A stretch of DNA of 64,000 bases from Verrucomicrobiota bacterium (GTDB taxonomy: Bacteria > Verrucomicrobiota > Verrucomicrobiia > Opitutales > Seribacteraceae), in assembly GCA_027622665.1 (NCBI GenBank), contig JAQBYT010000002.1:96001-160000 (forward strand). Reading direction: 5' to 3'. Shown one piece after another: positions 57,493-64,000 of this stretch (positions within the stretch are counted from its first letter, which is position 1; each line of letters begins with the position of its first letter). The position numbers and the translations under genes are program-made. The notes below the pieces were generated by a model. It worked only from the letters and a program-made list of their open reading frames with translations. It did not search any database and was not told where the DNA came from.

Positions 57493-59685
57493 ATGTCTAA
57501 GATGAAAAAAATCAGCCCTCTCGTTTTCTTTGCAATCATCCTGTTGGCTTCCCTTTCTTCTGCCGCGGAGCGTCCGAATATCCTCTACCTCTACGTCGAC
57601 GACATGGGGTGGGGTTCGATTGGCCCGAATGGTCAAATCGAGCGCAAGGCTGCAGGCAAGCCCTATGTGCTGACTCCGAACTTGGACGGCTTGGCGGCTG
57701 CCGGGGTGAATTTCCGCAGGGGGTATGGATGCACGGTATGTTCCCCCGCCCGTTCTTCCCAGCAAACCGGATTTCATCAAGGTTACACTTTTGCAGACCG
57801 AAACGATCCAAACAACGCGAAGAAGGCAATCCGTACGGAGGACCTGACCATGGGGGACGTTCTGGCAAAGGCCGGCTATGCGACGGGTTACTGGGGCAAG
57901 TGGGGCTACGGTGGTTCTTCGTCCGGGAAGAATCCCACGCTCGACAATCTCCAGACCTTGCCGACCACCCACGGTTATCACTACGTCGTGGCCGAGCTGC
58001 ATCACGTGCGGGCTCATACCTTCTTCCAGCCGACCCTCTGGAACGCTCCCGCCAAGCCCGGGACAATGGGCGGACTCGAGCTCAAGCCCAACAGTATGGC
58101 CAAGTATACAAACAACAAGGCCTACCCGAATTATCCGGCTTTGCAAAATCATCCGGATTACCCGAAGGTAGCCTACTGTGATGACGTCTATGCCTTTGCC
58201 GCCCTAGATTTCGTGCGCAAGCAGGGGATTCGTTACAACCAAAGCGGTAAGCCCTTCTTCGGTTTGTTTGCCGCCCAGATCCCGCATGGACCTTTTGGTG
58301 ACGTTCAGAAGCTCCCCGATTGGGACCAGGCGTACAAGGATAAGCCCTACTTTCAAAAACTGGCCGCCCAGTCCAAGCAGTGGTGCGCCATGGTCACCCG
58401 CATCGACGCCCATTTCGGCAACCTGCTCGCTGCCTTGGAGGATCCGAATGGTGATGGGGACAAATCGGATTCGATCGCCAAAAATACCTTGGTGGTTTTC
58501 CAGTCGGACAACGGCGGACCCAATGGCAGCAATCGCACTCAGTTGGATGCCAATGGCGGTTTGTTGGGTTCGAAGGGAAGCATTTTCGAGGGAGGCATTC
58601 GCGTGCCGACCATCATGCGCTGGCCTGCAAAGATTACGGCCCGATCAAAACTGAAGGTCGGCTCGAATACGGACCTGGTCGTGGACTGCTCCGACCTGCT
58701 GCCCACTTTTTGCGATTTGGCGGGCACGCCGACTCCCATCGGCTTGAGTGGAGTCTCACTGGCCCCGACGCTGACGGGGGAGGGAAAACAACGAGTTCGC
58801 GAGTTCTTGATTCATGAGGCGGGTGGCCGAGCTTCGATCATTCGAGGTCGCTACAAATTAATCCGTTCGCGTGGAAACGACAAGGTCGAGAAGCCGGTCG
58901 GAAAGAATAAGAAACGACGTAAAAAAGGCGAAGACGGGAAAGAGTCGCAGCAAGTCCAGTTCTACGACCTGAAGGCCGATCCGGCCGAGAAAAACAACAT
59001 AGTCTCGAAGCATCCGCAATTGGTCGAGGAGCTCAATGCTTTGCTCACGGGTGAACGTGTGGATGAAGCAGCAGGCTTTGCCAACACCTATCATTCCTGG
59101 CAGGGGGCGAAGGATGCCTCTATCGCCAAGTCCTCGAATTGGAGTGATTACATTTACCAAAACGCCGGCGAAACCTATATACAGGAAAGCGGTTCCCCGA
59201 AAGCCCATTGGTGCGCGAAAATTGTCCAAGGTTCGGTCCTGGCTGATCAGGATGTCGCATTTCTCGGGCTTGAACTCAGTGGAAAACTGACGGTGAAGCC
59301 CGGCGTAAAGATCAGTGCCCGCAATGAACTGCGGGTTGCGGACAAGGGTCAATTGATTCTCGAGGGCGGTTCGGTCGGTTCCTTGCGGTGGCTGGACGTC
59401 CGGGATGGCGGGACGTTGACGGGCCATGGCGTGGTGAACGCCGCCCTTTACTCAAAGGGTACGCTGGCCTTGAGCTTGATGAAACCCTTGGTCGTGGAAG
59501 GTCCGGTTCAACTCTCGGGCAAGCTAAGCCTGGTGGAGACGGGCAAAGCAAAGAAGGGGCAAAACCACACCGTGCTGAAGGCAAAATCAATCACCGGACG
59601 TTTTGCCAATGACGAGATATCGCTTGCAGGTAAAAGCTACTTGATCGGGTATGCCGCGACCTCGGTAACGGTGACGGTCAAGTAA
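57493..59685 (+). CDS. S1 sulfatase with C-terminal beta-rich (autotransporter-passenger-like) extension
   Basis: YVDDMG, CSPARSS, GKWG, QSDNGG, FEGGIRVP; last ~200 aa rich in G/V/L/T beta motifs (GGTLTGHGVV). Confidence 0.88.
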   Translation: MSKMKKISPLVFFAIILLASLSSAAERPNILYLYVDDMGWGSIGPNGQIERKAAGKPYVLTPNLDGLAAAGVNFRRGYGCTVCSPARSSQQTGFHQGYTFADRNDPNNAKKAIRTEDLTMGDVLAKAGYATGYWGKWGYGGSSSGKNPTLDNLQTLPTTHGYHYVVAELHHVRAHTFFQPTLWNAPAKPGTMGGLELKPNSMAKYTNNKAYPNYPALQNHPDYPKVAYCDDVYAFAALDFVRKQGIRYNQSGKPFFGLFAAQIPHGPFGDVQKLPDWDQAYKDKPYFQKLAAQSKQWCAMVTRIDAHFGNLLAALEDPNGDGDKSDSIAKNTLVVFQSDNGGPNGSNRTQLDANGGLLGSKGSIFEGGIRVPTIMRWPAKITARSKLKVGSNTDLVVDCSDLLPTFCDLAGTPTPIGLSGVSLAPTLTGEGKQRVREFLIHEAGGRASIIRGRYKLIRSRGNDKVEKPVGKNKKRRKKGEDGKESQQVQFYDLKADPAEKNNIVSKHPQLVEELNALLTGERVDEAAGFANTYHSWQGAKDASIAKSSNWSDYIYQNAGETYIQESGSPKAHWCAKIVQGSVLADQDVAFLGLELSGKLTVKPGVKISARNELRVADKGQLILEGGSVGSLRWLDVRDGGTLTGHGVVNAALYSKGTLALSLMKPLVVEGPVQLSGKLSLVETGKAKKGQNHTVLKAKSITGRFANDEISLAGKSYLIGYAATSVTVTVK

Positions 59686-59714
59686 TCATTTCTCGATATC
59701 TTCAGTCGCAAATC

Positions 59715-60186
59715 ATGAAAACAAGCCTGGTCCTATGCCTCTTCATGGGGTTGCTTATTCACGCTACTTCCGCCGAAGAAACAGCCAAGCTCAAGTTTCA
59801 AACCTACTCGGGTTATTTCGTCTCCAATAAATTCGAGCCCGATTCTTCTGCTTCCTTCGTTGTCCTCGACAACCGAAAGCAGTTCGGTCAGGTCTTTGGC
59901 GTCGCTTTCGTCATCGGAGACAAGTCGTCTCGCCCCCGATGTCTTCAATACCCAGCTGGTTTTAGCCGCCATCAGGCGAGGCAAGGTCTTTTATACCTAC
60001 CGAGTCACCTCTGTGACCGAACAGGGCGGGGTGGTGCAACTGCGTTACCAAACGAGAATCAAGAAAAGCGACTCGGCTACTTTCGCTTGCTCGTTGATCC
60101 TCTCGATCCCAAATGGGAAATGTCAGGCAGTCGAGTTTTACGAAAACGACAAACTGTTCAAGCGCTTGGCAATCGTTGGCAAATAA
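59715..60186 (+). pseudogene. Hypothetical secreted protein split by a +1 frameshift near 59926-59937
   Basis: Signal peptide and YSGYFVSNKFEPD...IGDKS in one frame; protein-like continuation RLAPDVFNTQLVLAAIRRG...VEFYENDK in the next frame. Confidence 0.65.
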
Positions 60187-60359
60187 CCTAAAAGGGCACG
60201 GTTTCCTTTCTCTGCCTGGCTTAGCGTTTCTCTCGGGTTCGAGCCCTAGGTTATTGCCCGCCCCAATCCTACAAAATTATAGTTTATCGTTTGAAAAAAG
60301 AACTTTAACCTCAACAATCCCCAAAGAACTCAAATACAACCCACCTCCAGACAACTGAC

Positions 60360-61745
60360 ATGAAACAAACGATCCTTCTCCTTGCCACTTTCTTATTTGT
60401 GTCTGCAGTGCTGCAGGCGGCCAAGCCCAACTTCATTATCATCTTCGCTGATGACCAGGGTTACGGCGACCTGAGTTGTTTTGGTTCCAAGACAATCGAT
60501 ACCCCGAACATCGACCGCATTGCCAAGGAAGGCCGCAAGTTCACGAGTTTCATGGTGGCCTCCCCGGTCTGCACGCCGTCCCGGGCCGCCTTGCTCACGG
60601 GTTGTTATCCCAAGCGAGTCGGCATGCACCAGCACGTCTTGTTTCCGTCATCGACCAAGGGGCTGAACCCCAAGGAGCACACCATTGCCGATCACTTGAA
60701 GGGCCAAGGCTATGCCACTGCCTGTTTCGGCAAGTGGCATCTCGGCCATCACAAGGAAGTGCTTCCGACCTCCAACGGGTTCGACACTTACTTCGGCATC
60801 CCATACTCCAACGACATGAACCACCCCGACAACAAAGAAAAGCCAAGGGGCGGTTGGGAAGGCATGGATATTCTATGGAACAATCCGGAATCGACCCTCA
60901 CCAAATGGAAAACCCCGTTGTTCGAGGACGAGAAAATTATCGAGGTGCCGGTGGACCAGCGCACCGTCACGCGGCGCTATACCCAGAAGTCCATCGACTT
61001 CATCAAGGCCAACAAGGACAAGCCATTCTTTGTCTACTTGCCGCATTCTATGCCGCATATTCCGCTTTATGTCCCGGATGAAGTCCGCGACCCCAATCCC
61101 AAGAACGCCTATATTAACACTATCGAGCACATCGATTCCGAGGTGGGCCGCCTGCTCAAGGCGCTGGACGACCTCAAACTCGTCGACAACACTTACGTCA
61201 TCTACACCACGGACAATGGTCCTTGGCTGCAGTTCCGTCACCACGGAGGTTCCGCGGGACCGCTCCGCGAGGGTAAGGGAACAACCTTTGAAGGCGGTCA
61301 GCGTGTACCTTGCGTGATGCGCGGCCCGGGGATTCCCGCGGGTACGGTCTGCGACGAACTCACCGGCACCATCGATGTCCTACCGACCATTGCGGCCCTG
61401 ACCGGCAAGCCCCTGCCTGCCGGTAACAAGATTGACGGACTGGATGCGTCCGGACTCTGGAAGGGAACCGCCAATAAGTCTCCCCGCAAGGAGTTTCTGC
61501 ACTACACTTCCCGCGGCGACCTCGAGGGACTTCGTAGCGGCAATTGGAAGTTGCTCGTGAAAAAGCAGCGCCGCAACAACGCGGGCAAGGCGCAACTCCA
61601 CCTTTTCGATCTAGCCAAGGACATCGGCGAGAAGAACAACTTGGCCCAGACGAAACCCGGATTAGTCAAGGAACTGCAGGCCCGCATGAAGGCCCTTGAC
61701 GCCGAAGTTACGAACAACGCGCGCCAACCATGGTTCAAAAAGTAA
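60360..61745 (+). CDS. S1 arylsulfatase-like sulfatase
   Basis: ADDQG, CTPSRAALLTG, GKWHLG, TDNGP, FEGGQRVP. Confidence 0.92.
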   Translation: MKQTILLLATFLFVSAVLQAAKPNFIIIFADDQGYGDLSCFGSKTIDTPNIDRIAKEGRKFTSFMVASPVCTPSRAALLTGCYPKRVGMHQHVLFPSSTKGLNPKEHTIADHLKGQGYATACFGKWHLGHHKEVLPTSNGFDTYFGIPYSNDMNHPDNKEKPRGGWEGMDILWNNPESTLTKWKTPLFEDEKIIEVPVDQRTVTRRYTQKSIDFIKANKDKPFFVYLPHSMPHIPLYVPDEVRDPNPKNAYINTIEHIDSEVGRLLKALDDLKLVDNTYVIYTTDNGPWLQFRHHGGSAGPLREGKGTTFEGGQRVPCVMRGPGIPAGTVCDELTGTIDVLPTIAALTGKPLPAGNKIDGLDASGLWKGTANKSPRKEFLHYTSRGDLEGLRSGNWKLLVKKQRRNNAGKAQLHLFDLAKDIGEKNNLAQTKPGLVKELQARMKALDAEVTNNARQPWFKK

Positions 61746-61767
61746 GCTCGGCCATCCTGACCTGCCC

Positions 61768-62421
61768 ATGAAAACGCGTACGGTCTTTGCCCTATTCTTT
61801 CTTGTCCTGACCGCATCCTTGGAAGCCAAGGAGTTGCCCAAGGCTCTTCTCATCGGTGATTCCATTTCGATTGGCTATACCCCGCACGTCGTGGTGGCAT
61901 TGAAGGGCAAGGTCGACGTCAGACACCATAAGGGAAACGCCCAGCACACCGGCACGGGGCAGAAGATGCTGGATCGCTGGCTCGGAGAAACGGATTGGGA
62001 CGTCATCCATTTCAACTGGGGGTTGTGGGATCTCTGCTACCGTCATCCACAATCCAAGGAGCAGGGGCGTCGGGACAAGGAGCGTGGAACTCTCACCACC
62101 TCGTTTGAACAGTACGAGAAGAATCTGGACCAGTTGGCGGCTCGCTTGAAGAAGGCCAAGGCCAAGTTGATCTGGGCTCACACCACCACGGTGCCGAAAG
62201 GCGAGGCGGGGCGCAAGGTGGGCGACGACGACAAGTACAACGAAGCCGCCGCCCGCGTAATGAAAAAGCACGGCATCGAGATCAATGACCTGAACGCCTT
62301 GACCGATTCATTTCCTACCGACTTTTCCGTTCGACCCGGTGACGTTCATTACAAGACCGAAGGATCCAAAAAGCTCGGCCAAGCCGTGGCCCTGAAAATA
62401 ATGGAAGCCCTTGGCCGGTAG
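61768..62421 (+). CDS. SGNH/GDSL family hydrolase, secreted
   Basis: LIGDSIS, FNWGLWD, DVHY; signal peptide from M at 61768. Confidence 0.88.
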   Translation: MKTRTVFALFFLVLTASLEAKELPKALLIGDSISIGYTPHVVVALKGKVDVRHHKGNAQHTGTGQKMLDRWLGETDWDVIHFNWGLWDLCYRHPQSKEQGRRDKERGTLTTSFEQYEKNLDQLAARLKKAKAKLIWAHTTTVPKGEAGRKVGDDDKYNEAAARVMKKHGIEINDLNALTDSFPTDFSVRPGDVHYKTEGSKKLGQAVALKIMEALGR

Positions 62422-62508
62422 GATTGGATTGCAGTGTCTCGGTTCCTCTAACAACAATAGGGACCTGACGAAAACCGGCGTCCTCACACCACCCCAAAGC
62501 TTCCCATC

Positions 62509-63624
62509 ATGAAACGACTCATCCTATCCCTCTTTTTCTCCCTGTCTTTCGCCCTCCTGGCAGGTCATCCTCTTCACGCGGACAAAGCCAAGCCAAACGG
62601 TCGCTTTCTTTATATGAGCACCCCGGACGGCGCCCAGCGCGAGGGATCCTCCGCCCCTGGCATCCTCGTGTTTTCCATCGATGACGGCCACAAGTACGTT
62701 CGCCGCATTGATCTCCCTGTCTTCAGCGAGGGCATGCGCGGTTTCACTGGTTGCACCGCAACCGGCTGCCTCTACTTCTCGACCACAGGCGGTACCTTGG
62801 GTTCCTTCGATCCCGCCACTGAAAAGGTGAATTGGGAGTCCAAGTTCAAGCAGGGCTGCGACCGGTCCTGCATCACCCCCGACGGCAAGCGAATCTATGC
62901 CCCAACCGGTTGGTGGTGGGGCTCCGAAAAGGACGGGTTCATCGTGGTCGATGCCGCCAATGGCAAAAAGATCGATCAGATCGCGGTCAATAAGCGGGCC
63001 CACAACAGCATAGCCAGCATTGACGGAAAATACGTTTATCTTGGGACCAACGTTACACTGACTCAATTTCGGGCAAGCGATGGCAAGATACTCCAAACCA
63101 TTTCTCCCGTCGGTGAGTCCGGGGTATTCCCCTACACCGTCAACAGCGCCAATACTCGGGCCTATGTTTGCCTCGGCAAGCATGCCGGTTTCGACGTCGT
63201 CGACCTGGAGACGGGCAAGGTCACCGACCGTGTCTTCGCGACCGATCCCAAGACGGGTAAGAAGATCAAGCACCGCACCCATGGGGCGGGCATGAATCCG
63301 GGTGAGACCGAGCTTTGGATCAGTGACCAAAAGGGCAAGAAACTTTTCATTTTCGACCTCACCCAGTCACCTCCCGCTCCCCAGGGGCACGTCGACCTCA
63401 GTGCGGGCGGCCATGGTTGGGTCACCTTTAGCTTGGACGGGGCCTACGCCTACTGCCACACCCCCGACGTATTCGACGCCAAGACCAAGAAGATAGTTGC
63501 TTCGCTGAAGGGCCCCGACGGCAAGCCCTTCGCCAGTTCCAAGTTCATCGAGGTGCAGTTCACTGACGGCAAGGTTTCCAAGATCGGCAACGAGTTCGGC
63601 CTCGGCCGCGTAAACGAAAAGTAG
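62509..63624 (+). CDS. Secreted YncE/YVTN-like beta-propeller protein
   Basis: Signal peptide; repeats ITPDGKRIY, SIDGKYVY, NPGETELW, FSLDGAYAY. Confidence 0.75.
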   Translation: MKRLILSLFFSLSFALLAGHPLHADKAKPNGRFLYMSTPDGAQREGSSAPGILVFSIDDGHKYVRRIDLPVFSEGMRGFTGCTATGCLYFSTTGGTLGSFDPATEKVNWESKFKQGCDRSCITPDGKRIYAPTGWWWGSEKDGFIVVDAANGKKIDQIAVNKRAHNSIASIDGKYVYLGTNVTLTQFRASDGKILQTISPVGESGVFPYTVNSANTRAYVCLGKHAGFDVVDLETGKVTDRVFATDPKTGKKIKHRTHGAGMNPGETELWISDQKGKKLFIFDLTQSPPAPQGHVDLSAGGHGWVTFSLDGAYAYCHTPDVFDAKTKKIVASLKGPDGKPFASSKFIEVQFTDGKVSKIGNEFGLGRVNEK

Positions 63625-63704
63625 TTCTTCCCTAAAGGGAAATATTCCCGTTCGGGCTTCAATCGGATTGACAAGCAAACCCAAAGCCGAAACGTTTGTA
63701 TGGA

Positions 63705-64000
63705 ATGAATATTTCACGAAGACATTTCCTGAGAAGTAGCGGGACCAGTGTTTCGTTGCCGTTTCTTCCTTCTCTTTCCGGAGCCAAGGGCAAGGCCATC
63801 TTGCCGAACAAGAAGCTGATTATGATGTACATCCCGAACGGGATTTTGCGTCGCTACTTTTTCCCAGGTGAGGAACAGGCGATCCTGCCAGGTTTCGTGG
63901 GTGGCTTCAACGCCGACAAGACCAAGAACAAAAAGCGAATCCTGAACGAACCCGGTATATACCCCTTGGCATTCACTTCTTCCATGCGTCCGCTGGAAAA
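63705..64000 (+). CDS. DUF1552 family protein, 5' part (runs off the window)
   Basis: Hand translation MNISRRHFLRSSGTSVSLPFLPSL...MMYIPNGILRRYFFPGE, similar to YLPNGITRRGFFPGE in 6212..7582. Confidence 0.85.
   Translation, partial: MNISRRHFLRSSGTSVSLPFLPSLSGAKGKAILPNKKLIMMYIPNGILRRYFFPGEEQAILPGFVGGFNADKTKNKKRILNEPGIYPLAFTSSMRPLE

Noticed and set aside
60232..60250. GGGTTCGAGCCC as a tRNA T-arm
   Set aside because: The T-stem pairs poorly and no acceptor, D or anticodon arms can be built.
63668..63700. TTGACA as a sigma70 promoter for the last DUF1552 gene
   Set aside because: No acceptable -10 hexamer at 16-18 bp spacing.

Overview
A gene-dense bacterial accessory region. Its content is typical of the PVC superphylum, probably a marine Verrucomicrobiota or Planctomycetota genome (inferred from gene families only). 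It holds three complete DUF1592-type (heme-c) + DUF1552 (Tat) pairs plus a fourth partial DUF1552, one DUF1549/1553 + DUF1501 pair, an orphan DUF1501, four intact sulfatases and one decayed one, several esterases, DUF1080, Gfo/Idh/MocA and hemH. I saw no rRNA, tRNA, CRISPR array, transposase or integrase. Main points: (1) 1-15.2 kb is a tightly packed run of secreted proteins in which a prenyltransferase-fold/beta-propeller pair is duplicated in mirrored order around a DUF1592/DUF1552/FGE-fold core. (2) The DUF1592/DUF1553 scaffolds carry different inserted carbohydrate-binding-type modules. (3) A GC-rich ~5.1 kb segment (~22715-27802) with truncated genes at both ends appears to replace the middle of an FAD-dependent oxidoreductase gene; this is either recombination or an assembly chimera. 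(4) A divergent sarcosine-oxidase-like / PLP gamma-lyase / rhaA / BCCT block is followed by a relic of a hydrolase 3' end. (5) There are small unannotated ORFs, a probable gene-conversion tract and many pseudogene fragments. All family calls come from motif recognition by eye, not database searches.
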